Below are positions 18,408 to 28,097 of a DNA stretch of 64,000 nt, piece by piece; position 1 is the first letter of the stretch, and every line of letters begins with the position of its first letter. The DNA comes from Lachnospiraceae bacterium (GTDB taxonomy: Bacteria; Bacillota; Clostridia; Lachnospirales; Lachnospiraceae), in the NCBI GenBank assembly GCA_051888775.1, contig JBJFCE010000050.1, positions 24,879 through 88,878 on the forward strand, given 5' to 3'. Both the position numbers and the translations under genes were made by a program. Below the pieces are notes generated by a model. The model searched no databases. It saw only the letters and a list, made by a program, of their open reading frames with translations, and was not told the origin of the DNA.

Positions 18408-19532
18408 ATGGCATCCAGACTGATCTTATATGATACATCCAACTATATTGATTTCCCGATTGGCGGACAGATTACCAGTATCTCTAATTTTCTGCTTTTT
18501 TTAACGCAAAAACATGCTTCTGAATGTCAAAATGTAATCCTTGTAGGCGTAACCACCAATCCCGACGAACTCGGGATCTGGCAACAAATTCAAATAAACG
18601 GCATTACCTTTTCCATGCTACCGGTTGCAGTTGCCAATACAGATTTAAGCCATATTCAAAAATCCCTCCGCTTGCAATTTGCCAAAGGACTGTTAAAATA
18701 CGGCAGACAACTCCATATCACCAAAAGAGACTGCTGTTATATTCACACACCGGAAGCATACGGAGTCGTAAAGCTTTTAAATCCGTTTGCCACCTGCGTC
18801 ATTTTCTCTCACGGCAGCTATTTTAACATGGAACAGTCCTTCCGTTTCTTTCAGAAAAATGTACTGATTAAAAAAGGCTTTATGCTCTATATCAAATGGA
18901 TCATCAGAAATGCAAAGCTGATCTTCGTTCTGGATGATGACAGCTATCATGCTTATTATAAATATAATCACCGCCTGATAAAAGCATTAAATTCCATTGT
19001 TTGCCCATCCGAAAATGAGATTCACGATCCTACCGGAAATCTGATCTTTGTAGGACGTCTGTCAAAAGGAAAAAATATCGGACCCATTATAGATGCAGTA
19101 CGGGATATGGATAACCGCCGCCTGTTAATCGTCGGAGACGGTGAAGAATACGATTTCCTCTCCTCAATTGCGTCAGACAATGTTCAATTCGCAGGTGCCG
19201 TCCCGCCTTCTCAGGTAAAAGAATACATGAAACAATCCGATATTTTGATCATGAATTCACTTTTTGAAGGAATCCCCATGACGATTCTGGAAGCACTCAG
19301 CTTCGGACTGCCCGTTATCACAACTCCTGTAGGAGGAATCCCTTCCGTACTGCACTTTGGTCAGGACTCTGAGAAAACAGACGGAACTGACGGACAGATC
19401 CAGGAAAAGATTGAAAAAATCTATGCTTCCTATACTGCTTATTCCGAATGTGCTTACCAAAACTCCAAGCGCTTTGACTATTTAGAGGTCAACCGTACTA
19501 TTTATCATGAATTAAAAAAGTTCTGGAAATAA
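18408..19532 (+). CDS. glycosyltransferase family 4 (only plus-strand gene)
   Basis: FVGRLSKGKNIGPIIDAV...LIMNSLFEGIPMTILEALSFGLPVITTPVGGIPSVL. Confidence 0.8.
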   Translation: MASRLILYDTSNYIDFPIGGQITSISNFLLFLTQKHASECQNVILVGVTTNPDELGIWQQIQINGITFSMLPVAVANTDLSHIQKSLRLQFAKGLLKYGRQLHITKRDCCYIHTPEAYGVVKLLNPFATCVIFSHGSYFNMEQSFRFFQKNVLIKKGFMLYIKWIIRNAKLIFVLDDDSYHAYYKYNHRLIKALNSIVCPSENEIHDPTGNLIFVGRLSKGKNIGPIIDAVRDMDNRRLLIVGDGEEYDFLSSIASDNVQFAGAVPPSQVKEYMKQSDILIMNSLFEGIPMTILEALSFGLPVITTPVGGIPSVLHFGQDSEKTDGTDGQIQEKIEKIYASYTAYSECAYQNSKRFDYLEVNRTIYHELKKFWK

Positions 19533-19547
19533 CTCCGTTATTTGTCC

Positions 19548-21431
19548 TTATCCATTTTCCAGTAACCACTGCTCTATGATCAAAATATACCAGATCTTCT
19601 CCGTCCAGACACCGTGCTCTGTATAATCCTTCCAATACGATCCCACCATGCTCTGGTCGATCAGTTCGCTCAGGTACTTCTTACCGTCGCTTATGATATC
19701 CTCTGCCCAGCTTCGCATGGATCCCTGCCTGAGCCACTCATGAAGCGGGATACTGAAGCCTTTCTTCGGTCGTTCCATCATTTCCTTTGGGACATGACGG
19801 TAAAGTACATCACGCATCACACGCTTCGTGACACCCTCGCTGTATTTATATTGTTCCGGCAGCGTCCAAGCAAATTCCACAACGTCTTTATCTAAAAGTG
19901 GTATCCTCGTTTCCAAAGAATAGAACATTCCCGCCCGGTCCACTTTTACAAGAATATCATCGGGATGATATTGTACCAGATCCATCAGCATCAGATTGTT
20001 CAGTGTTCCGGGCAAAAATCCCGGTGCATATTCATGATAAGCATCCGGCAGTCTTGTCCTGTCTTTGGGCAGGTACAGCATCCGCACATCTTCCAGCCCG
20101 ATCCATCTGTGCGCATCCTCCGCAGTCTCCATCGTCAGATAATTTCCGACCTTATAAAGCATCTCCTGTTTTCCTGCCATGCCAAGGCACGCTTTACCGA
20201 TGACGCGGCGCGCTCCCTTCGGCAGTCTGTGATAGCGCTTCTTTAACGCTTCCATTTCCTGCTCGGCAACCCGGTACGTATTGTAGCCGCCAAACAGCTC
20301 ATCACCCGCATCACCGCTCAATGAAACCGTCACATGCTCTCTGGTCATCTTGCTGACAAGCATCGTCGGGATCTGGGACGAATCCGCAAACGGCTCAGAA
20401 AAGCACTCCGCCATCTGCTTCATGACCTCACAGGCATCATTTCTGTCAATATACAGCTCCGTATGCTTCGTACCCAGATGTCTTGCAATCGCGGCAGCAT
20501 ACTCCGCTTCGTTATATTTCTCCACATCAAATCCGATCGTAAATGTCCTTACCGGTCTCTCACTGACAGACTGCATCATACTGACTACCAGTGCAGAATC
20601 GATACCGCCGGACAGAAAAGCCCCAAGCGGTACATCCGCGATCATCTGGCCCCGTACAGCATCCTGTAACAGCTCCTCCAGTCTGTCGGCAGCCTCTGTC
20701 TCACTGCCTTTAAACAGGTGGGACTGCCCATAAGAAGCCACCTGTGCCATATCCCAATAAGTATGGCTCTCATACTCCATGCTGGCAAGCGAAAGTGTCA
20801 GCCAGGTACCGGGTTTTAACTTCCGGATCCCCCGGTAAATGGAATACGGTGTGGGAATATACCCATACTGAAAATATAGGCTGAATACTTCCGTATTGAT
20901 CTCATTATCAAATCCACTGACCGCCTTTATCGATGCCAGATCCGAAGCAAATACAAAACGGTCTCCCACAAAACCGAAATAGAGCGGTTTTTCTCCCACT
21001 CTGTCCCTTGTCAGATAGATCTTTTTCTCCTGCCTGTCATATAAGGCGAGCGCGAACATCCCTTTCATCTTCTGAAGTGTCCGCTCCACGCCGTAAAAGG
21101 CAAATGCCTCCAAAATCACTTCCGTATCGGAGGTTCCGCGAAGCACTCTGTTAAATCCGTCCATGCGCATCTGCTGCTCAATCTCACGATAATTATAGAT
21201 CTCACCGTTATAGACCATGACATAGCGCCCATCCGCAGACACCATCGGCTGAGCACCGTTCGGCGACAGATCTACAATGGAAAGGCGCCGGTGTCCGAAT
21301 ACGACACGATTCTCCGTATCCAGCCAATAATCTCCGGCATCCGGTCCGCGGCGGTACATTGCCCGATTCATATTCAAGATATCATCTGTTCCGTTTCCGG
21401 TAAAACGCACGATTCCAGCGATTCCGCACAT
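19548..21431 (-). CDS. AsnB-type glutamine-dependent amidotransferase, copy 1
   Basis: N-terminal nucleophile MCGIAG, HRRLSIVD, and PP-loop AFLSGGIDSALV. 627 aa. GGAGGAA upstream of the ATG. Confidence 0.85.
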   Translation of the reverse strand: MCGIAGIVRFTGNGTDDILNMNRAMYRRGPDAGDYWLDTENRVVFGHRRLSIVDLSPNGAQPMVSADGRYVMVYNGEIYNYREIEQQMRMDGFNRVLRGTSDTEVILEAFAFYGVERTLQKMKGMFALALYDRQEKKIYLTRDRVGEKPLYFGFVGDRFVFASDLASIKAVSGFDNEINTEVFSLYFQYGYIPTPYSIYRGIRKLKPGTWLTLSLASMEYESHTYWDMAQVASYGQSHLFKGSETEAADRLEELLQDAVRGQMIADVPLGAFLSGGIDSALVVSMMQSVSERPVRTFTIGFDVEKYNEAEYAAAIARHLGTKHTELYIDRNDACEVMKQMAECFSEPFADSSQIPTMLVSKMTREHVTVSLSGDAGDELFGGYNTYRVAEQEMEALKKRYHRLPKGARRVIGKACLGMAGKQEMLYKVGNYLTMETAEDAHRWIGLEDVRMLYLPKDRTRLPDAYHEYAPGFLPGTLNNLMLMDLVQYHPDDILVKVDRAGMFYSLETRIPLLDKDVVEFAWTLPEQYKYSEGVTKRVMRDVLYRHVPKEMMERPKKGFSIPLHEWLRQGSMRSWAEDIISDGKKYLSELIDQSMVGSYWKDYTEHGVWTEKIWYILIIEQWLLENG

Positions 21432-21488
21432 AGTTCCTCCAAGTCATTTCTATTTTAGTCATTTGTAAAGTTCTGTCAGAAGGTGGAT

Positions 21489-21625
21489 CGGTTGCCCACA
21501 GACCTGTCAGCGGTGGGCACGCTTTCGCTACACCTCGTCCGTAACGGTACATAAGGTGCCAAAATACGGCACCTAAGTACCGACGGACTCACAGTACCCA
21601 CCGCTGACAGGTCTGTGGGCAACCG
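21489..21625. repeat. long-hairpin intergenic element E3 (A-type core)
   Basis: Arms 21489-21520 and 21594-21625 are complementary at 31 of 32 positions. Core 21521-21593 differs from the E2 core at 7 of 73 positions. Weak outer pairing (catttg/caaatg, tgtcag/ctgaca) extends to about 21460 and 21654. Confidence 0.85.
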
Positions 21626-21669
21626 CTTGTACTGCTGACAAAATTGCTCAAATGTCCGATTTCCGATAG

Positions 21670-21856
21670 CAGTTCATCCGATGAGGCTTTTGCACGGTAC
21701 GTAAGGATATGTTGTATCCGGCGGTCCTTGAAAAACGCCGGCACTTGGCGAGGTCTTTCCGAGCCTAGTGTCCGCTGCGCTTTTCACGGAGCGAGAGCGT
21801 ACCGCAGGATACAACATATCCTTTCGTACCGTACAAAAGCCTCACCGGATGAACTG
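21670..21856. repeat. long-hairpin intergenic element E4 (B-type core)
   Basis: Arms 21670-21719 and 21807-21856 are complementary at 47 of 50 positions. Core 21720-21806 is related to E1 and E6. The arm tip cagttcatcc resembles the E1 tip cagttcagcc. Confidence 0.9.
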
Positions 21857-21864
21857 TTTCAATT

Positions 21865-22650
21865 CTATTTTATGAATTTCCCGACAAATCCGGTCAGTCC
21901 CTTATACATGCCGGGCAAAATCCCCTTTGTCTCTTCTGCGTTATAATAGGTCACAGGCGTTCCGCCGAAGGATTCCTTAAACTTCGTGATGCTTTCCACA
22001 TCCTCATTTGTTCCGGCGCCGCCCCAGTCATACTGTTTCTTCCCCTGTTCTTTAAACCACAGCATATCCTGATAATGCAGATAGCGGTTTGCAAAGCCGA
22101 TCACATTGGAAGAAATCGTATCATCCGTGCGAAATTGTGAAGCAGACTGATACAGACGCGCCCGCTCTTCCTCGACAATATAGGTATGATAAACCAGGAT
22201 TCTGTCCTCTACGGATGCCCTTGTCATAGCAAAAGCTCCCACCTGCGCATACTGTGAGATGAGTGCGAAACATTTTTCTTTCTCTGTATAACGGACACCC
22301 TTACTATGCCAGAAATCCGCAAAGAAGTCCACAAACTGTGTAATATCATCCACAGTGATCTCTTTTCCGGACAGATAGGTGCATTTAACCTGTTCACGCT
22401 GCGCGCGACGCACCTCATAGCGGCAGTTTTTGGAATAGTGAGACAGGATCGTATCCGCATCCTCGGTCAGGTCAGATAACAGTGTCTGAAATTCTACCGG
22501 ATGCTTGCCGAGCGGTCTGAGTGCTTCCTGATATCGGATCAGCCCATTCTGCTTCAGTTCATGCTCTGCATACCAACAATCAATGACATTGATTCCATTA
22601 TGTTTTTTTGATACTATACGCATATCCTTCCTGCCTTTCCGACTATGCAT
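21865..22650 (-). CDS. FemAB-like / GNAT-fold (aminoacyl)transferase, copy 1
   Basis: 261 aa. YSKNCRYEVRRAQRE...RILVYHTYIVEE...ANRYLHYQDMLWFKEQGKKQYDWGG resembles the C-terminal catalytic half of FemX/FemAB-family proteins. The start is uncertain (ATG 22650 or 22623). Confidence 0.5.
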   Translation of the reverse strand: MHSRKGRKDMRIVSKKHNGINVIDCWYAEHELKQNGLIRYQEALRPLGKHPVEFQTLLSDLTEDADTILSHYSKNCRYEVRRAQREQVKCTYLSGKEITVDDITQFVDFFADFWHSKGVRYTEKEKCFALISQYAQVGAFAMTRASVEDRILVYHTYIVEEERARLYQSASQFRTDDTISSNVIGFANRYLHYQDMLWFKEQGKKQYDWGGAGTNEDVESITKFKESFGGTPVTYYNAEETKGILPGMYKGLTGFVGKFIK

Positions 22651-22667
22651 TACACGTGCAAAGATGA

Positions 22668-23780
22668 TTACATTCCCTGCTCAATATATTCTCTCCACAT
22701 TTGATTCACTTTTTCCGGTGCAAGCTCCATGCCAAGTTTTGACGCATTTCTTCCGATCGTTTCCTCCAGCTGCGGATTTTCCAAAATACGCCTAAGCGCC
22801 TGTTCCAACGCATCGATATCATCTACAGGAACCAGTAATCCATTCTCGCCGTCCCGAATTACAGTCCTCGGTCCGCCGCACGGACAATCCGTTGAAATTA
22901 CTGCAAGTCCCAGAGACATTGCTTCCAATAGAGCATTTGGCATTCCTTCATATTGGGACGTGAGTACGAAAATTCTGGAACGGTAGATACAATCCGGAAT
23001 GTCACTTCTGCGCCCCATCCACATCACCTTATCGGAAATTCCAAGTTCTTCTGCCAGTTTCTTTAACATCGGAGTCGTATCGGATTCTTCAAAGCCGCCT
23101 CCGTAGATCACAAGCTTTAATTCAGGATATTCCTCATGAACATGCGCAAATGCGCGAAAAAGCATCTGATGATTCTTGTTGGCATCCAGTCTGCCAACTG
23201 TCACGATTTCCTGCGTTCTTGTACCCTCATACCGCGGTTGGATAAATCTGCGATCCAGAGAGTTTGGCAGAATCCGTACTTTCTTTTGCATTCCTTTTGG
23301 AAAATATGCCTTGGCATCCTCTGTCTGTACGATAATTCCTTTTGCCTTACGAAACAGAGTTTTCGATACCAGCCGCATCATCTTGGATGCATACTCCCTG
23401 TTCGGATCGCTTCTGACCGACACAAATACCGGAATTCTAAGACCGATTGAAGTCAACAATGCCATCATATTGGTCTTTCCCAAAAACGAAATAATGACAT
23501 CCGGACGCTCCGCCTTCCAAATCTTTCTGATATTTTTACATCTGGTTATAAAATATTTTACACGACTTCCGGATACCACTCTGTTCAGATCTTCCAATAC
23601 ATATCTTTTAACCTGCTCCGGCTCATCATATTCCGATTTCTGACGAAAGGTTGTGACAATCACAACTTCATAGCCCGCATCACGAAAATCAGCAGCGAGA
23701 TTCACAACCACCCGCTCCGCTCCGCCTTTTCCAAAACTACTGATGTAAAATACAATTTTTCTTTTCATCATCTGCTCCAT
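22668..23780 (-). CDS. glycosyltransferase family 4
   Basis: KIVFYISSFGKGGAERVVVNLA...SQYEGMPNALLEAMSLGLAVISTDCPCGGPRTVI. I prefer ATG 23780 (MEQMMKRK, AAGGAAAAT upstream), which removes the overlap with ORF 23801-25765. Paralog of ORF 25825-27018. Confidence 0.8.
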   Translation of the reverse strand: MEQMMKRKIVFYISSFGKGGAERVVVNLAADFRDAGYEVVIVTTFRQKSEYDEPEQVKRYVLEDLNRVVSGSRVKYFITRCKNIRKIWKAERPDVIISFLGKTNMMALLTSIGLRIPVFVSVRSDPNREYASKMMRLVSKTLFRKAKGIIVQTEDAKAYFPKGMQKKVRILPNSLDRRFIQPRYEGTRTQEIVTVGRLDANKNHQMLFRAFAHVHEEYPELKLVIYGGGFEESDTTPMLKKLAEELGISDKVMWMGRRSDIPDCIYRSRIFVLTSQYEGMPNALLEAMSLGLAVISTDCPCGGPRTVIRDGENGLLVPVDDIDALEQALRRILENPQLEETIGRNASKLGMELAPEKVNQMWREYIEQGM

Positions 23781-23800
23781 ATTTTCCTTGGTGCCATTGC

Positions 23801-25765
23801 CTACTGTGCATGAATTCTTCGATACCACTGTTCCGCCATCAGTACTTCCCATACAATCTGCACATTCTTTTGATTTTTACAAAATTTCTTCCATATATCG
23901 GACAGCACCTTTCCATCCAGATAACCGTCCCTTACCAGCCTGCTGTCAGTGATATATTCCTTTGCCCACTGAGCAGTCTCTCCTATCGTCAGCCATCTGA
24001 CAAGCGGTACGGAAAATCCTTTCTTCGGTCTGTCCAGCATTTCCTTAGGTACATATCGATATAGGATATCCTTCAAAATTTTCTTAGAAACACCATCCCT
24101 GCCGTATTTCATATCCATCGGCAAACGATAGGAAAATTCGATCACATCCCTGTCGAGCATCGGCACACGATTTTCCAGTGAGACCGCCATTCCCGCACGA
24201 TCCACTTTCACCAAAATATCATCCGGATGATAAGTGACCATGTCCTTATACATCATGCTCCCTTTTCCATCTGTCAGTCCGGCATCCATATACCGTCCCG
24301 TAATCAATTCCTCTATATTACGTACATCACACGAATATCCGACATCTGCCGGTCCCTTCCTTCTGTCTGCACAGCTTCCGTCCGTAAGTACCAGATGCTC
24401 TGCAAGGTAATCGGTATGATAGCAGACCGCTTCGTGTAACTGCCTGATATTGTCCGCCTTTAAGCACATTGACATCCGGTACCAATCACTGCCCGTTCTT
24501 ACCCCCGGCATTCCAAGCACCGAAGCCCCTGTTTTTCTCAGCCATTTGGGCAGCTTTTCCAACTTCTGCCACAAAGCTTCGCATTTCGGATAGGTGTTGT
24601 AGCCGCAGAAAAGCTCATCCCCGGCATCTCCGGACAGGGATACCGTCACCCTGCTTTTGGCCAGTCTGCTCACCAGATAAGTCGGAATCTGTGAGGAATC
24701 CGCAAACGGCTCCGTAAAGATCTCAGACAGCCTTGGGATAACCTCTAGCAGCTCCTTTTCCGATACATACAACTCTGTATGATCGGTGTTAAGATGTGCC
24801 GCAATATCCTTTGCATATTCTGCCTCATTATATTGTTTTTCTTCAAAACCGATCGTAAAAGTCTTCACCGGTGTACTGCTGATCTTCTGCATCAGCGATA
24901 CGATGAGCGGACTGTCAATACCTCCTGACAAAAATGCACCGATCGGCACATCCGATATCATCTGTCCGCGGACAGCATCCGTTAAAAGTGCCTCCAAACA
25001 ATCCGCTGCCTCTTTTGCATCCCCCTTAAAAGGATCCCTTTGTCCGTTTTCGGCCGCCTGTGCCATCGACCAATAGCGCTCATATCGAATATCCGATTCT
25101 CCGAATGGCTCCCTGATCGTCAGAATGCTTCCTGCCTCCAGCTTATAAATACCTTCATAAACAGAAAAAGGTGCCGGAATAAATCCATAGCGCAGATACA
25201 GCTGTAACGCCTCTCTGTCTACAGCCGCTTCAAAACCCGGATATCCACGTAATACCTCCGGATCGGAGCAAAATACAAATGCCCCCTTTACAAATCCATA
25301 ATAAAGCGGTTTTTCCCCTGCGCGATCCCGGATCAGCGTAAGAGTCCGCTCCTTTCTGTTATATAAAGCAATTGCAAACATGCCTTTCATCATCGAAAGT
25401 GTCTGCCTGATTCCCAGCATACCGAAGGCTTCCAATATCACCTCCGTATCCGAAGTCCCACGCAGCAAAAGTCTGCTGCCCTGATTCAAACAGGCAGATT
25501 CCAACGCTGTTCTGATTTCTCCGGCATTATAAATCTCTCCGTTATAGGAAATGACAAATCTTCCGTCTGCGGACTGCATCGGCTGTGCACCGTTTGGAGT
25601 CAGATCCACGATCGCCAGTCTGCGGTGTCCCAAGGTTACACCCGTCGTGTTTTCTGTCCATTCACCATGACTGTCCGGTCCCCGGTAAATCATCCGCTCC
25701 GTCATGTGCCGGATCACTTCTTTTGCATCGATTCTGTTATTGATAAAGCCCGCGATTCCGCACAT
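23801..25765 (-). CDS. AsnB-type glutamine-dependent amidotransferase, copy 2
   Basis: MCGIAG, HRRLAIVD, AFLSGGIDSPLIV. 654 aa. Clear paralog of ORF 19548-21431. Confidence 0.85.
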   Translation of the reverse strand: MCGIAGFINNRIDAKEVIRHMTERMIYRGPDSHGEWTENTTGVTLGHRRLAIVDLTPNGAQPMQSADGRFVISYNGEIYNAGEIRTALESACLNQGSRLLLRGTSDTEVILEAFGMLGIRQTLSMMKGMFAIALYNRKERTLTLIRDRAGEKPLYYGFVKGAFVFCSDPEVLRGYPGFEAAVDREALQLYLRYGFIPAPFSVYEGIYKLEAGSILTIREPFGESDIRYERYWSMAQAAENGQRDPFKGDAKEAADCLEALLTDAVRGQMISDVPIGAFLSGGIDSPLIVSLMQKISSTPVKTFTIGFEEKQYNEAEYAKDIAAHLNTDHTELYVSEKELLEVIPRLSEIFTEPFADSSQIPTYLVSRLAKSRVTVSLSGDAGDELFCGYNTYPKCEALWQKLEKLPKWLRKTGASVLGMPGVRTGSDWYRMSMCLKADNIRQLHEAVCYHTDYLAEHLVLTDGSCADRRKGPADVGYSCDVRNIEELITGRYMDAGLTDGKGSMMYKDMVTYHPDDILVKVDRAGMAVSLENRVPMLDRDVIEFSYRLPMDMKYGRDGVSKKILKDILYRYVPKEMLDRPKKGFSVPLVRWLTIGETAQWAKEYITDSRLVRDGYLDGKVLSDIWKKFCKNQKNVQIVWEVLMAEQWYRRIHAQ

Positions 25766-25824
25766 GCCAAACTCCTTTCCACGGTTTTGTACCGTTCTGT
25801 CTATCCTGATAAAACGTAGCCTTC

Positions 25825-27018
25825 TTACTCTTTTTCATGCATTTGCATTTTTTCTATATAGCTTTCCCACTTGGCATAGATCACATCCGGTGCCTGAGTA
25901 ACGGTAATTTCCCGTGCCGTTTCTGCAATCGTCTCTGCAAGCTCTGCATCCTCATACAGACGCCCCATCTTCTCCGCAAAACATTCCTTTGCACCATCTC
26001 CCAAAGGGACCAAAAATCCATTCCTGCCGTTTTCTATCAAATATGCCGGACCACCGCACGGACAATCCGTCGAAATGACCGGAAGTCCCATTGCCATTGC
26101 TTCCATCAGTGCATTCGGCATTCCCTCATAAACAGAGCTCATTAAAAATAAATCTGCCTGCTCCATGCATTCACGGATGTGATCGGAAATCCCCGGCAAA
26201 CATATGCATTTCTCAAGACCTCTCTCACAAATCCATGCTTCCAGTTCTTTACGCTCCGCACCTTCCCCGTAAATTGTCAGGCTGCTGTCCGGATATTTTT
26301 CATGAAAGTCTGCAAATGCCTCCAGCATCAGCGGATAATTTTTTTGTTTTTCAAGTCTCCCAACAGCCAGCACGCGATATGTCTTTTCGTGATCTTTAAC
26401 CTCTGATGTCCTTGCCTCACAATGATTTTCGGTTTCTCTGCTCTCCGCTGTCTCAGCCTCTTTTGAAGCCTCAACGAATTCCTTTGCAAGCGGATTCGGA
26501 ATGATGACGCTTTGCTTTATGATGTGCTGTGAAAATCCAAAATAATCCTTTGCCTGCTCCGTCTGAAATACATAACCGTCACTTCTGGGATAGAGCAAAC
26601 GCATCATGGCATATTTTACCTTTGATGCATACTCCACCTTGGGATCGTTACGGACACTGATGATCAGCGGCGCTCGCAGGCATTTCTTCAGGCTGCATAA
26701 GAGCATATTCGGCTCCGGTAAAAAACTGATCACACAGTCTGGCACGCCCACTTCCTGATAAAGGCTACGCAACAGACGCTTGCATCTTCCTCTTCTGGTC
26801 AGGAACCGCACAGGCATACTTTTCCGATAATCCTGTTCCCGCTCATCCAGTGTGATAAAGCGAATGCGTTCATCCAGCGCATATTCCGGCTCCGCCTTCA
26901 TAAGACTGATGATCGTAACCTTTGCCTTCTCTATAAAAAAATCATTGCACATGTTAGATATAACGCGTTCCGCACCACCTTTGGTCAGGGAAAGCGTTAC
27001 AAACAGCAAATGTTTCAT
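25825..27018 (-). CDS. glycosyltransferase family 4
   Basis: LLFVTLSLTKGGAERVISNM...SVYEGMPNALMEAMAMGLPVISTDCPCGGPAYLI. Confidence 0.8.
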   Translation of the reverse strand: MKHLLFVTLSLTKGGAERVISNMCNDFFIEKAKVTIISLMKAEPEYALDERIRFITLDEREQDYRKSMPVRFLTRRGRCKRLLRSLYQEVGVPDCVISFLPEPNMLLCSLKKCLRAPLIISVRNDPKVEYASKVKYAMMRLLYPRSDGYVFQTEQAKDYFGFSQHIIKQSVIIPNPLAKEFVEASKEAETAESRETENHCEARTSEVKDHEKTYRVLAVGRLEKQKNYPLMLEAFADFHEKYPDSSLTIYGEGAERKELEAWICERGLEKCICLPGISDHIRECMEQADLFLMSSVYEGMPNALMEAMAMGLPVISTDCPCGGPAYLIENGRNGFLVPLGDGAKECFAEKMGRLYEDAELAETIAETAREITVTQAPDVIYAKWESYIEKMQMHEKE

Positions 27019-28097
27019 GTATGCTCCTCCGCCAGCCGTACATATACCTCGCCCAGTCTTCGTACATCAAAGCCTGCTGCCTCAATCTGCTTTCCGCAGT
27101 CGGTACGACCGCTGCCTGTTGCTGCGGCAAGCACCGCTTTGGCCCAACCGTCCGCACCTTCCGCAAGTGAAAGCTTTGTAATCTTATCCGTCACGCAGAC
27201 ATCCTGTGTGACTACATCCGAGATCACACACGCAAGTCCGGCAGTCTGTGCTTCTACCAACGCAATCGGCATGCCTTCATAAAATGACGGAAACACAAAA
27301 ACATCCATCGCCTGCAGCAATTCCGGTATATCATGACGGACACCTGTCAGAAACACCCTGTCACGCAGACCAAGCGTTTCTATCTGCTGTTCCATTTGTT
27401 CCCGTAGTGCACCGTCTCCGACTAACATCAGGATACTATCCGGATGCTTCTCCACGACCTTTGCAAACAATTCTATCATAAATGCATGGTTTTTGACCGG
27501 CATATAGTTTCCCACATGTCCGATTACCAGTGTATTGCTTCCGATTCCAAGTTCTCCCCGCATTTTCTCCCGCACCTTTGGCTGATACACAAACTGCGGG
27601 ATATCAATACCGTTCATGATGACACGAAATTTCTTTCGGCTTCCGTACATCCACCTTCCGGCATCCTGTGAGCATGCAAACCGCTCCGTACAAACTGCAT
27701 TTAGAAACGGTCGGAATAACTTATGAAGCCAGATTTTCTTGGCGCTTGTAGAATGTGAATGAGCAATCCGCCTCTTTGCGCCGCCCAGTTTTGCCGCAAA
27801 TAAATCCAGCGCAACCGTCGCAACATCCGTATGCCGAAATACATATTCATACTTTTCTTTTTTGACAATTGCACGAATCTCACTGAAATTCTTCCAAGGA
27901 CTGACGGATTTTCTCGTTACATAAAACACCTGACCGCCAAGCTGCCTGATCTCCTCATCAAAGCTTACCGCTCTGTGTTCACAGACAATAAAATCAAACT
28001 GCACCTTGCTACGGTCCACGCTGCGGTACGCATTCATGATAAAATTTCCGATTCCGCTCGGTGACATGGAACCGACAATGTGTAACATCCGAATCAT
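27015..28097 (-). CDS. glycosyltransferase family 4
   Basis: MLHIVGSMSPSGIGNFIMN...PSFYEGMPIALVEAQTAGLACVISDVV. Has 4-nt overlaps with both neighbours. Confidence 0.8.
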   Translation of the reverse strand: MIRMLHIVGSMSPSGIGNFIMNAYRSVDRSKVQFDFIVCEHRAVSFDEEIRQLGGQVFYVTRKSVSPWKNFSEIRAIVKKEKYEYVFRHTDVATVALDLFAAKLGGAKRRIAHSHSTSAKKIWLHKLFRPFLNAVCTERFACSQDAGRWMYGSRKKFRVIMNGIDIPQFVYQPKVREKMRGELGIGSNTLVIGHVGNYMPVKNHAFMIELFAKVVEKHPDSILMLVGDGALREQMEQQIETLGLRDRVFLTGVRHDIPELLQAMDVFVFPSFYEGMPIALVEAQTAGLACVISDVVTQDVCVTDKITKLSLAEGADGWAKAVLAAATGSGRTDCGKQIEAAGFDVRRLGEVYVRLAEEHT

